Shown here: piece by piece, positions 38,001-51,290 of the stretch
Numbering within the stretch: the stretch's first letter is position 1
Layout: every line of letters begins with the position of its first letter
NCBI GenBank assembly: GCA_051362555.1
Contig: CM120642.1
Span: 19,778,001-19,842,000 of the forward strand
DNA length: 64,000 nucleotides
Origin: Lingula anatina
Taxonomy: Eukaryota > Animalia > Brachiopoda
Direction of reading: 5' to 3'
Made by a program: the position numbers and the translations under genes
The notes under the pieces: generated by a model
The model's input: the letters and a program-made list of their open reading frames with translations, nothing else
Told to the model about the DNA's origin: nothing
Database searches by the model: none

Positions 38001-41000
38001 AACATTGACGTACCTTACACATTGAAGCATCCTCGATTAAGGTCTGGTGGAGGTTGTCTGGGTTGGCAAAGGTTGTGAAGAAGATGGTTTCGTAGAGCAC
38101 CATGTCCAGTTGAATGGGTGGGCTGTTTGGATTGCCGATCTCTCCTCGCTTGAAAGAAGTCATGATATGTGAGACACAGTAGTCACTCAAGCACTCTACC
38201 GGATTAAGGGCTCCGTCTTGTGGACTGTCTTGTGGATTTTGCACTGCGGCACCTGGCGGCGATACATAAACATCTATTTAGTGTGTACAAATTGCTGTTA
38301 TATACATGTATTTGTGTTCCTACCTTTTTTTAATGCAAATTTGCCGATCACATTTGACAGACTTTGAAATTATATTGAAAAAACTTCATATACAGGTACA
38401 TGTATCAATTAGAATCAAAATGGAGCAAAAATTAGGACAAGCTAGGGTTATTATATCCTGTGCAAAGTGGCGTACTGATCATACTGTTAGGAATTATGAA
38501 ATAATCATATTCCACTAATGGTCCTTTGCAACCAGCGTGGCACTTTTCACCTTGTAAGATTTTTATTTGTTCAGCATAACACAGCGTCAGATAGAACGCC
38601 ACATTGGTGATTGTCCGGTCTAGCTCTGCCATGACGACGACGAAGTCTATCTGCTTTGCCTCCTTTTTTCCTATCGGTCTTGTAAATTGAATGCCCCTAG
38701 TTGCTCTGTTCTTCATGGCACTGAGAGCTGCGACAATCTAAAAATCAAACGAAAAACACGTGTCTGTCCAGGTCAATACACTTATAAAGCAGCAAGAGTT
38801 ATCTAAACCAATGTGAACCTACTTTAAAATTCAAAGAACTGATATTTAGAGAATAATCTTAAATTATGAAAGGTTTATAATATTATTTTAATTATTGCTA
38901 CCATTATAGTTGATTAAAACAGAAACTACGTTTCAATAATGCGTGGCTATGCACAGCATGTGCTGCGTGACGTACCGATTGATTAGATGATTTTTCTGGA
39001 TTTGCGACGTCTTCGTCTTTTCCAAACAATTTCACTGTGGAACTTCCGTCTTTAGTTTTGATACCGCCACAGGCAGCCTAAAATAGATCTCACATTTATT
39101 TATATATGTGTAAATATCACAACTTTTAATGAGGGAAAGCACCACCATCTCTCTCTCTCTCACTCTCTCAAGTGCAGAATGTACTGAATTAAATATTCTT
39201 AAATTTCTTAACCGTTCTATTATATTTCACTACAACTACTACTTCACCCCTATCTTCATTTTCTACAAGGTGAGAGTTACTGTACCAAATTGTTTTTTTT
39301 TTCAAATTCATAACAAGAAAATACACGTAGCGCTTACTTACCTCACATCGAACAAGCCATGTGTGCAGCTTTGATCTAAATGTCTCAAAAAAGACATACT
39401 TTTCTCCTTTGTTTTCTTTGAACCTGTCATTGGCTTGCTGCTTTCGTTTGATAGCTGCTTGTTCAATCGTTAATATTGCTTGCATTGCATGCGCTTGAAC
39501 CATCTGAAATTCAATGACATTCCTGTATGTCAAACTATTTTATATTTTTGTAAACTTGTCATTCCACAAAAAATGACGCTCTGAGTCACGTTAGTGCAGC
39601 ATACACGCTCTGAGGATTGCTTCAGGACTTTTCACTCATAATACTTACTGTAAGTATATCGCTAGTCTACTACTTTTTTCCTAACATATAAAAAATTAGT
39701 ATGCACATTAATTAACTGTTCTGTTACAAAAATGCTAGTTACAGTATAACGTAAACAATTACCTTGCATCTCCGGCCAAATGCTCTTAATTTCTTGACGT
39801 ACACGTACACATAAAAGAAACACGTACCTCCTTCTTGAGCAGCTCTAGATCTGCGTAAAGTTTCAGTCTTTCAAGCGGTGTGACTGCCTTCTTGGCTTTG
39901 TCTTCTATGTCACTGATTTCCGTATAGATATTCTCTCCTGTTATCTCCAGGCTGGCCATTTTCTGGTTTACATCGTCAGCACGATCAGAGAGCTTTTCAG
40001 CGTCATCTGCGATAGCTCCTTTTGGGTCTGAGTATAACATGGTAGTCTTAGTTTTTACCTTGAAAGGGAAAACACTAGAATAACCACTGTCGAATTCAAG
40101 GTATTTCCAAAGGAAAAGGTACAAGTTTTAAGTAATTATGCAATTAAAATAATAATAATAATTGTCGTGGACGATTTTACTGTTTACCTTTTGACTGATA
40201 TTGCTCAAATAACTCTCATCCCCAATGTCGTCAATGTTGTCAACGTTGGCAAAGCGTTTTACCATTCCATTTAGAAAGCTGTCTAATATCTTCTGTACAT
40301 TTCTGCTGCCAGTCAGCTTGCGTTCTGCAAAAGTAACGTGATGAATAATAAAAATGGGGCCGGGTTAAGTGCACTTAACAAGTATATTTTTCTAATTTAT
40401 ATAATTTTGTCTTATAATGAAGATATCTTTCTAAGCAAGTTCATTCTTATAATATTACTTGAATGTCAAAATACATGTGCACAAAATACAATCGGTGGTT
40501 ATAAGCAACATTGGCAAGTTGAGAAGCCTCAGATCAGCAACCGTTTCTTGTAAGGTCTTTTAATAACGATGTAAAACATACTTTTTCTTACAAACTCTGC
40601 ATATACATACCTGAAGTATCCTCTTCCAGCTGCTTAAGATGGTCTTTCAGTTTTTTCAATATTTCTTGTGCGTTTCTACGAGTGGCCTCATATATGAGTT
40701 GTTTGCAAATCTTGATCTTCCTCAGGCGGTTCTGGTATTTCTCTTTTATGAAAGCGTCAATTATTTTCATATTCCCTTTCTTTGTGGCATTGATCAATTC
40801 TGCATCCGAGAATTTCGGTTTCTCTGCAAAATAATAGACAAATATATAAATGTATAGAGTAAAACACATGTTGAATTTTATCACCTCATATTTTATTTAG
40901 TCCAACTAAAATAATTTTCCACCATAGAATTTGTATAGAAACCAATATCTGAACATTTTAATGTTTTTAATTTTAATGACAAAATTACATATGTTCTATC

Positions 41001-44000
41001 AGCATTAAGCGAAACGTTCAGCAGGCATGAGAATAGTCGTCCCTATCAGTTGCCTTGTAGCGAACATGATATTTAACTAACCTCACGGTTCCTAGTAGTG
41101 ATGATGTCTAGCATGGTTAAGATACGCAGGTGGTGCTATATATTTTAGACTGATTCCCTTTATATGTACTTACCTTTCTCAATTTCTCCTTCTTCAGGAA
41201 GTTCATCAGTCTCGAGAAAATGTGCTGTTTGAGTGTACCCTGCTTCGCTTGCAATCTGGGCAGCAGTTTTTCCATGTCTGTCAACCTCTGCCTTGTTGAC
41301 ACCGCATTCTCGAACCAGGAATTTCACCAGGGCAAAATCGCCATTTTGGGCCGCTAAACCGAGCGGGAATTCGCCTTTGTCATTTTTGGTTACAAATTCT
41401 ACTCCGTTCTCTTTAAGCAGCCTGACGACTTCCTCTCCTTGGTTGTTCTTGGTCACCAGAGTCCCCGCAGTTTCCCCGTCGGGGAGCTTCGTGAGGTCTA
41501 TACCTTGGAGGGAAAAAATGGCTTTTAATTCATTAATATTCCCGTGGCGCAAAGCTTCATGGTACCGACGCTGTCCAACACGGCGGATGTATTTCTCCAT
41601 GTCTGTGTTTCCCAGGTCCTTAGCCTCCTTCACCAAAGTGGTGGCGTTGAACCTGTGAAAAAGGGAGGCTCCGTGGGACAACAGATAGTGCACAAGTCGA
41701 AGGTTTCCCGATTGAACAGCGATTCTTGTGGCTGTGTTGCCATTGTAGGTCAATTCGTCTATGTCGGCCCCTTCGCGATGCAGTCTCATAACGGCCTCAA
41801 CATCTCCTTGTCTTGCTGCTTCCCTGACTTGTTTGTTCTTAATTTTTTGTTTAAGATATTCGGCTATATCAAAAGACCGTTTCTCTTGTGCAAATGTCAC
41901 CATGGATTTTCCATCAGGAAATCTCCAACCAGGGTCAGCCCCATAACTAACCAAGTGCTTCACCATTTCTAAATTTCCTTGATCCACGGCCCGAGCGATG
42001 TTCGACCATGTATCGCCGTCTGCCGTCTCTGGTGCTGCACCACGTTGCAACAACACCAGGCAATCTTCAGCTTTGTTTTGCTCTACAGCAGTCTTCAACC
42101 AAACGCCTAAACGACCGACGATATATGTCTCAAGGCGAGTAAAACCCCTTTCTTTTGCGTAATCTAGCGGCGACTTCTGGTTTTGATCAGTGACACATAG
42201 GGTACGCAAATTGGTTTGATCACACTCAACTAGGTAATTCAGTATTTCAGGTTTGTCCTGTCTTTGGCAAAGGATCCCGACCAGCCCAAGAGGCATCGTG
42301 TCCGAGCACAGGTTAATGTTGCCACCGACCTTATGTAGAGTCTGCACTCTTTCTAAGCTCTCACTTTCTACTGCCTTAATAAGTTGACCGTTCACAAGTA
42401 TCCGAACCAACTGATCAGAGCAATAAAGGCACATATTGCATTGGCCTATCTTTACAGTTTTCATGTTTGGGTCAGTCTGTCGATTAGCTTCTTGTCTAAA
42501 CTTTTCGGCAGACAATCTCGCTTCATCCATTGCTGTGCGTCCCCTCTTGTTTCGGTATCTAATGTCAGCACCGTCTGCAACGGCCAAGGCTGCGTTGTTG
42601 TAATCTCCTCGTCTGGCTGCTTCCATTAGCTTTTCATTCAGCGTTGTACCAAGCAGCCCTCCGCCAACTTTTCGGAATCCAGGTTCAAGTGGAATCATGG
42701 GCAAAGTTATGATCCGTGTCTCTGGAACAGCGACAGGAGGACATACATCTACTGAATCAGAGGGCTTAGAATTGCCTCTCTCTGTTTTTCCATGAAGAGA
42801 GTGACCGTAGTCCAGCTCATTTAGGGCGTTGATGATGTCATCCTGATTGCTTCGTCCAGCCTCGTCTAGCGCTGACTTTCCTTCCACGTTTCGCATGTTT
42901 TCGTCTGCACCAAGTTTCAACAGGAAGCGTAAAATTGGGACATGACCGCCAATAGCCGAATATATAAGAGGTGTGTTGCCATGGTTGCACTGCCTGTGGA
43001 TGTCAGCGCCGAATAGATGAAGTAGTTGGACCATTTGGAAGTTACCTCTTTCTATGGCAAAGGAAAGTGGCGGTTTCCCCCCTCTCTCATCGCCCTTATT
43101 GATATCAGCTTTCATTTCACATAAGAGCTTCAGTATGTCAACGTTTTCTAAAAGAATATATTAACGTTGTATCAGACATTTTTGTTCTTTTAAAAAGTGC
43201 CTTTTGCACAGTAGCCTTCACATGTTTTAAGGTTCCAGGTTGAACTAATACGATTAATTAATCAAAAGACACAGGACAGTTAATCAATTATGGGAGTGCA
43301 AAAAGCTTATGCCAAGGCCATGTATTAACAGAAACGTGACAACGTGACAATTTGGGAGAAATAGTAATGAAAACCGTTAAATATATATGTGTATGATGTT
43401 TTATACTACTGCATCTTTACCGCGGTCCACAGCAAGATGCAGCGGAGTCCAACCATTCATTACGTTCCTATGGTCGTCGCTGTGGTAACAAAAATTAATG
43501 TCAGCCCCAACCAGAAGAGATTCTTTCAAATTATCTTCTTTCCCCTGGTCTACCGATCTCCACAGTCGTGCGTTGGCTTCGGTTTTGATCACGGCACAAA
43601 CTTCTTCGGATGCATTGTGACCTTAAATAAATTGCGGTCGCCATATACATTAGAGCTACAGTGAGTCACCATATTAAGCTACAATGAATTACCATAATGG
43701 GCTATAACGAGTCCCATAAAAGCTATATTTTATAGGCCTGTACCACAGAAATTGACCAGAAAATAGGGGGAGCCAACGTTAAACTATCCACGAGACAAAA
43801 TACCACATTAGCGATTCTAAATTGATGTACCCAAAGGCAAACTTTTTCTGGCAAAAAGCACTTCCAGGTAACCCAAAAGCATCGCGTATTGCAAATAGCG
43901 ATATCTCATAGAGGCTACAATTTATTATGTGGGGCGAGTTATGGAATCGAGACGCTGCACAAAGGGCGTGTACGTGTACTGTTGAATAGCAATTTCAGTA

Positions 44001-47000
44001 ATGAAATGAAGGTAAATGAAAAGTAAGAGATAACAGCAGCGAACTCTGTACTTCTGAGTGTCAAATAAAATCATAAAAATCGGCATTTAAATACATTTGG
44101 GTTGAAGAACATTTATGATATGGAAATTCCCAATTGACATACATGAACCCTACCCCAGAACTGTACTGTACACAAAATATATGTTGAAAAGTATTTGTTA
44201 CCTCCGTCAAGGAGGTTGTTTTCAACCCTGTTTGTTTGTCTGTTTGTCTGTCATCAACATCACTCTAAATGTTATGGACTGATTTTGATGGAATTTTCGG
44301 GGTAGGTCAGAAGTGGGCCAAGGAACACATGATTAGTGTTTGGTGGTGATCCAGATCAATAAACAATCAATAATCAAAAAAACAATCATCAACATTACTC
44401 CAATAGTTATGGGCCGGTTTTGATGAAATTTTCGGGGTAGGTCAGAAGTGGGCCACGGAACACATGATTAGTGTTTGGTGGTGATCCAGATTAATAATCA
44501 ATCAATAATAAAAAAACAATCATCAACATTACTCCAATAGTTATGGACCGATTTTGATGAAATTTTCAGGGTAGGCCAGGAGTGGGCCACGGAACAGATG
44601 ATAAGTGTTTGGTGGTGATCCGGATCAAAAATCAATCAATAATCAATAATAATATACAAAATGCTGCCTTGGCGGAGGTCTGCGCTCTCGGAGTGCTTTT
44701 CTGGTTATCTTTTAAGTTAACATTACCTTTGGCAAAGTCTAACAGACTCCACTTCTGTCTTTTCATGTCTGCTCCGTGCTGAAGAAGCATCTTCAACACG
44801 TCCGGTCTCTTTATGGCAAGTTCCACCGGTCCTTCGCCACTGTGGTTCTGCAGGTTAATGTTAGCGCTGTAGGAGGTAACGAGTGTAGTTACAATATCCA
44901 CGGAGCAGTTGCAAATGATGGTTAAGCACAGCAAACTGTTACCTGTAAGAGAAAGTGTTTTACATGGAAGCATATGAAGGTGCGTGTACAGAGTGTTCGA
45001 TCGATGGAAAAACGTGCACTTATATTATTGTTACTTCTGTAAATTGAATTCACGAAGATCACTTATCACACATATGACAGTGACTTTAAAAGTACACTGA
45101 TCACCATACAGATTTGGTTGTCCAAATAGAACTAGGTTTGAAGTACCTCACACTCAGGTTAGAAAAACATGGACAGATAAAATGTTGCAAAAATGTGGCT
45201 CTGTGTACTTGAACTCGAGTATAATATAGTTTATTCGATAGGAATGCGGTGTAAGGGGAAGCCACGCCCAAGTCCAATTGAAACTTAATGCCCGAAAGTA
45301 ATCGACATTGGCCCCATTAGGTTCCAAGTGTGACGGTCGGGCATGGGTGGGGGTTTGGCTTCATGCTGCCGCACATTGTTACAGATACGCAACTCAAATG
45401 CAAGTCCAATCCCAAACAATCTCATTCATAATGGTCTGGACACATGTGGGAGCTGGGTCGGTATGCCGGTTCAACAGACTTACCTTTCTTATCAGCAGCA
45501 TTAACATTGAAACCTTGAGGACAACTTGCTTGTAGGTCAGCCACTGTGAGGGTCATGCCACTATCCATGACTGCTTGTCTTATAGGTTTGTTGGTTATGG
45601 CATTCTTGAGGATAGTTTCAATCTGAGCATTTCTGGAAGATATAGGCTATGTAACGCTTTTAATATTACAATACTAAATACTTCTTTTGGACTTCCTTAT
45701 AAGAAGATTGGAAATAATTCCATAAATATTTACCGTCAAGGACTACTCAGATGAATGACTTATAACGAGTTGAAAAAAGTTGAGTATATAGAGATGTAAC
45801 GTAAAAAATATAAATGCACGTGTACCTGGTCTCGGAATGTATGCAGATTCCAATTGCCGTTTGTCCTTTGGCATTCTGAATTTCTGGATCTGCACCCTGA
45901 ATGACATTGTAACATGTGTTCAACATTATAAATAACAATACCAAATTTGATATGTTGCAAATCTTTTTTGAAAACGCATTTAATAACTTATTAAACAGGG
46001 TACGATGTTTTCCGCTTTGCTGCAATGGCATTTACCTCGTTCACAAGCAATTTTACAAGTTCGGTTTTCTTTCCTAACACTGCATGCATTAGAGGCGTGC
46101 TTTTGTCTTGTTCTTCTTCCCGGACGTCGACGTCAACACCAAATACTCTAAAATTAAGCATATTAGCTAGTGTTATCAAGAGATATATATGTAGTGGTCG
46201 CCTTGTATGGAATATTGTGAAGGCAGGGGCGCTATTATAAAAGTTAAAGTTCGTTGGTGATAGGTTGCTCGGGATCTGTGCATAACCTGCCATTAACGAC
46301 AAAGGTTTCCCATCTTTATATGAGAAAAACTTGTCTTATCATAAGCTTTGGAAAAAAAAAACTTAAACTACGAAGAACGACAAAATAAACAGAAAAGGGA
46401 CGATATGTTATAACACATAACCAAACAATTTTAGGCAAAATAACGTCCACACTAACTTTATCAGTCTTGTGACCGCGCCCAAGTCCAATTGTCCGTTCCG
46501 AGACGCCCGGATGAGAGCTCGCCCCATGGCATGGCGAATGGCGTCGGCAACTTTAGGATTTCCAGCGTCTTTAGCGACTGTGTGTAGACCCACCTGCCCC
46601 GTTGCCAAGGAAGTTATGACCTGTGCAAGAAAACAATGTTTGTGTCGTACTGAAAGTAAGCGCTACCAGATGATTTTCCTGAGATAAATGAACGTGCACA
46701 AGATCATTTTTGTCATAAAATTGTTTGCATCATAAATGTAATAAATGTGATGGACACAAATGCTAATTCGTGATATTCAGATAGTATATCTATAACAAAA
46801 ATGATAAAAGTACCTTTTTTACAATAAAAAAGAATACAAAAATGCGTACAAAAATTAAATTAGAATTCGCAACTGCTAGCAAATTACACTAATATACAAT
46901 TCAGGTATAACGGACAGTCAATAATTTTGATAATGAATTTACTTCTGCATTCCTTGGGTCTTCTCTCAGCAAATATTCCTCGATGTTATTTCTGTCGCCT

Positions 47001-48848
47001 GGTAGTGTTGCCGCCAATTCAAGAAGGCCCATCTTCAAACCACTTACTGTTGGTTTACCAACTTGGTGTATGTCACCTCCTGGAAAATGTATGTCAACGT
47101 ACGTATTACAGCTGTCAGCGTTTTTTTCCTGCAATTGGTTATCAATCGACCACATGGGTTCAATATTGGTTACGTCGTGTGTCCTACGTGGGTACAAAAT
47201 TGGCCTAACGCTCTACGTAGCTTCAGGTGAGTTTGGTGAGTTCTTCGTTGGTACAAAAATGTTTATGGACATCGTTTCTACATGCGGACACGACGTGGAG
47301 GTGAATGGAAATGATGGACATAGAGAAAATCAGTAATTCTAAAAACACGGTAAGATAGCATTTTATCTTTATGCATTTATTACAGAGAATACTTTTAGAA
47401 ATAATAAGAGCATGATATGAAAACGTCTCACGGAACTTAATGGTGAAATATCGTGCTTAATTTGCAGTCAATTTGTTTTGAAAGACATGCTGCATTGACC
47501 GCAAGCTCGACAAACAGCGTCAGGGAAAAAGAATTCCCGGGAGGCTATTAATCGTTGTCATGTGTAACTTTGCATGTATGCAATCTATTATGCCTATATC
47601 TAAGTATTTATGGGTGTTTTATGGTATGTACTGCAATTATAACGATCTTTTAAAGTCTTTGTGAAAACCAGGAAGTAGTTCGCAACTGACAACTGAACCG
47701 TACCGATCCACGACTGCTGTGCAAAGATGTATCTTTTTTTTATATTGTGACAATTTTTAGATGTCAATATATCCATCTGACATGAAATTCCACACATATG
47801 ATCACACTAATACAACTATTACACAAATGCCATTTCCACAAGTATTCTCTGCTCAAAATGCGTAAAGAAAAAATGTTATCTTACCATGTTGTTGGAAAAA
47901 TTGCCTTTTTCTCCAAGTCAACGTCTTTACTCCTGTTCACCTCCTGCTAAAAATTACCAAACAGCTTCGCGTCTTACACTACTTGACGTCACACTTCCGA
48001 CACAGTTCTCGTCTCCTTCGGTACCCTTTATTTAACTTATTTAAAATTCTTGATCGCGTAACAATGTGCTTTCAATATTCCAACTTCGGTTTGAACTAAC
48101 AGCCAAAAGGTTGACTGCAGCCTAAGTCATAAATGATAAATACTACCTAATACCCATTCCGATTTTACTTACCTGCTTTGTGTAACTTTTCCAGTTGCTC
48201 TATGTTTCCGTTTTTAACAGCCTCGACGATCTGCTCATCCATCGCTCCTTCCAGGAGGCATATAATTTTCTCGTACTCTTGAACCAAATAGGTCATGGTT
48301 GTACTCAAATACTTGTCTCGCATTTGCCTAGCAGCCTGGATAGGACTGCCTTGCAGGTTATACTTACGTGGCGGTGACATGTCGGTTAGGTCTGCTTTAC
48401 CTTGGTTCAGCACCTGTTGAACCCTGGACGGCTGTCGAGCTATTGCTGCCCACAGTGCTGAAACATTTGATATGACAATTAACAACATTAAATGCATAAG
48501 ATTTACTTACTATTGTTATAAGATTGCAGAAATAAATTATAATATTACAATAATAATAAAATTTGAACTTTGATTGATGGTCGTAAAAAACTTTTATAAA
48601 ATGTAAGAGGCTATATTCATTCCAACCCAAAATAATAAAAACAGTTCCATTATAGATATCTCTGGAGCTGGTATTAAACATTTTAGCGTAAGCAATACCG
48701 TTCAGATTGTACATCTTACGTCGATAGTATAGTTTTCATTGCCGCACTATATTCATGACTTTCATAAGCAAAGTTTATAACCTACCGGTATGTATGAGAA
48801 GTCTTGTAGATATGAGCAACAAATGTTGATAAACCTACACGCAAACAT

Positions 48849-48887
<39 letters not shown>

Positions 48888-48933
48888 GATGTCGTATACA
48901 AGTACCTTCATTTTGCGACGGACTGTTTCCCAT
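35089..48933 (-). CDS. Uncharacterised large ankyrin-repeat / helical-domain / coiled-coil protein, paralog A (22 coding exons, ~1853 aa)
   Basis: Phase-consistent exons: 48906-48933, 48173-48457, 46943-47079, 46457-46620, 46036-46147, 45826-45896, 45484-45632, 44727-44942, 43421-43621, 41174-43147, 40611-40823, 40188-40324, 39828-40058, 39342-39503, 38976-39077, 38551-38737, 38014-38252, 37569-37809, 37238-37422, 36734-36922, 35492-35707, 35089-35211 (5562 nt). Begins gccATGG MGNSPSQNE; many ANK motifs (GWTPLHLAV, GNTPLIYSA, GKTAAQIA). The last 13 exons are confirmed by conservation in paralog B. Confidence 0.85.
35741..36503. mobile_element. CACTA-like non-autonomous element (763 bp)
   Basis: Ends CCGGTGT...ACACCGG, subterminal CATGAAAATCTGACTCCC repeats in inverted orientation, 2-bp TSD CA. 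Absent from the paralogous intron near 56730. Confidence 0.8.
44198..44706 (+). mobile_element. HINE/Helentron-type element with ~3 x 121-bp internal tandem units
   Basis: 5' TTACCTCCGTCAAGGAGGT (subTIR + IR), (TGTT/TGTC)n microsatellite, tandem units at ~44250-44640, 3' CCTTGGCGGAGGT, hairpin GCGCTC-tcg-GAGTGC, CTGGTT end. Confidence 0.8.
48852..48883. repeat. (GA)n microsatellite
   Basis: Directly visible. Confidence 0.95.
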
Positions 48934-49440
48934 GGCAACTTATCTGAGTGGGCAACCTCAATCTGCTGCTCTGAAACGAACGAACATATGTGCGTATAAT
49001 CGAAGCTTTCCCAAGTAAGAAAGGCATATTTGGCTGTGATATTTTATGCCAACGCCAAGTTACATACTTCAATGGCAAATGACGTTCATAGTACCATGTA
49101 CTAATTTATTCATTGTGTACCATGTCAGGCTTATAAAAACACATATTGAGTTTTTACTCCTCTAAATTCATTGGTCTCCCCCAACCTCAAAGGCAGGCAT
49201 TTATTGTCGTTGAAGTGTACAAAACTGTAACTAAAAACTCATACCTACATATTTTAACCGCACAAACTAAAAATAATGACCCTGATATAGGTCTGTGCTG
49301 TACGGTAAGAAGTCTTAGTTACGATGGAACAATTCTTTGGAACTTCACATAAAAGCTGGCAGACTGTTGGAGAAAAATCAGCCGACCACAGCAATTAAGA
49401 AAAGTATGACTATTAAGTAGACCAAAACTGCGAATGATTA

Positions 49441-50324
49441 ATGTGCATTCTAAATATTTTTACCCATTCTTGTGGCCGGCTCGAATGTTTTTGTCATGCA
49501 AAAACTTTCGAAGTGCATTCCAAGAGGAAATTTATCGAATGGCATTTGAACAGTATTTTAACTGTACTATGACTGCATTCTAAATATTCTCACGGCATTC
49601 CAACAGCATTCGAAACACTATGATCAATTACCATTCCTGTGGTGTTATTTATACACTCTGGGCATCGTGTTACATTCTAAACATGTTAGAAAGTAATTTT
49701 AATTTAAAAGTATTTTAGGTATTTCAGCTGTATTATGTTTGAATTCTTTATATTTCAAACCATCATTGGCAGCCATACCGGGAACAGTTGACTGCATTTG
49801 AGTTTGCTTCATATATCATTCGAGGCATCTTCTTACATACTTCTGCCTGTATTCGGCCAGCAGTCAAACCACACTCGTACGGCATTTGAATCTCATTCGG
49901 AATATTCTGACTGCAATTAGGAATTCCCTCCCGATTATGGCACGAATTTTTCAATTTATTCATTCTTGCTGGTTCTACCTTGATTCCTGCTGGTTCCGAA
50001 TAAGTGCGACGGGGGCCTTAAGTCGCGTACCAGTTCAAATATCCCTCGAATGTGATCAGAATGTTTTGAATGTTGTCGGAATGCCGTGAAAATATAAAGA
50101 ATGCAGTCACAGTGCTGTTAGAATACTATTCAAATGGCATTCGATAATTTTCCACTTGGAATGCGCTTCGAAAGTTTTTAACATTCAGGCCGACCATAAG
50201 AATGGGTAAAACTATTTGAAATGCACTCAGAATTTTTCGAATGCTCTTTGAATATCCAGGAATGCACAAAGAATTGTCTTTCCGACGGCATTCTTGTTCA
50301 TTCTGCCTCTAGTGTGACGGGGGT
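49441..50324. mobile_element. Foldback/MITE rich in GCATTC/GAATGC motifs, left terminus missing
   Basis: ~49443-49580 is the imperfect reverse complement of ~50099-50227. The right end reads CTAGTGTGACGGGGG. Confidence 0.65.
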
Positions 50325-51125
50325 ATTAGCATGCATTACATGAAAATGAATTTTCTTTTTCTGCTTGCAAATGAAAATATTTTACTAATTCTAACTCCTG
50401 CTTCCCTTTCAAAGACCAACGTTTTTTGGAGTTGTTTTTTGTGTACAACATATACACGCTGTCTGTCTACCTATCCGATTTAAGCATGTAGCAGCTACCT
50501 CATGGCAGGAATAAACATGGCTGCTTGCTAGCATATGGACTGAAAATGTCAACATAAGTTTTGAGTAGATATCAAGACCAACCGTAACACAAGCTGATTT
50601 TCATATACATCTCAACTTATATTCATGTCTTTTCAACCATGTATAACTAGCTTGTCTTAGGCAGGAGCTTTATCCTCAACTTATTGTGAGATTTTTCTTT
50701 CAATCAGCACTACTTGTAAGAATAAAGCAATCAAAATATTGATCTCAAACAATGATAGGCCACTTATTGTCTTTCCTTTTTTACACTGGCACCTTCCGTA
50801 CCCAATTACAAAATTGCACAATTGTCACTATAATAGATGTGTAACATTTTACGTCAGAACTTCCCTAAAACACACATGAATATTTGACAATGTCATTGTG
50901 GCATTAATTTTCTATATTTCAAATTAAAAAATATTGTTTTCAAGACCCTAACTTTGATTTAGTATCAATCTTTTCATTCATTCACAATTTATTTTTCATG
51001 TACAAAGGTGAGCACTTTTACCCTCTTATCTGCACTCATCCTTTTATTTGGGGAACAATTTTCATTTAATACATACGATTCAGAAGAACAAATTACTTTC
51101 AGTAATCGGCCCGTTTGAACACAAA

Positions 51126-51290
51126 GGCCGCATTAAGTTAACAGTGAACCATCCAACTAGTCAGAGGGTCAAATATGGCGACCCACTAAAAAGCTTGCTG
51201 TCTAATCCACTAATCGACATTAATAGATTCCCATGGGGAAGTATTCAAGTAGGTGAGCCATGTTTGACCCTTATCGACGACCCACACATA
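51126..51290. mobile_element. Degenerate MITE, family M3
   Basis: ggccgcatt...agggtcaaatatggcgacccact / aggtgagccatgtttgaccct, similar to 52742-52916. Confidence 0.55.

Larger units (their letters stand above)
33720..43050. repeat. Segmental tandem duplication, unit A (paralogous to ~54860-64000, offset ~20.8-21 kb)
   Basis: Colinear similarity across 3' flank, introns and exons, e.g. 34008-34150 with 54915-55050, 34860-34980 with 55508-55640, and 41174-43050 with 62123-64000. Confidence 0.95.

Noticed and set aside
41233-42629. Plus-strand ORFs conserved between the duplicates (e.g. 41233-41658 and 62182-62607)
   Set aside because: Antisense shadows of the ankyrin exon; their conservation follows from the duplication.
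41174-43147. 2-kb intronless ankyrin ORF as a bacterial (endosymbiont) insertion or stand-alone gene
   Set aside because: It has canonical splice sites in phase with flanking exons (donor conserved in both paralogs). An ancient horizontal origin cannot be tested without searches.
45250-45380. Weak inverted repeat in a paralog A intron
   Set aside because: Too degenerate, with no clear TSD, to call an element.
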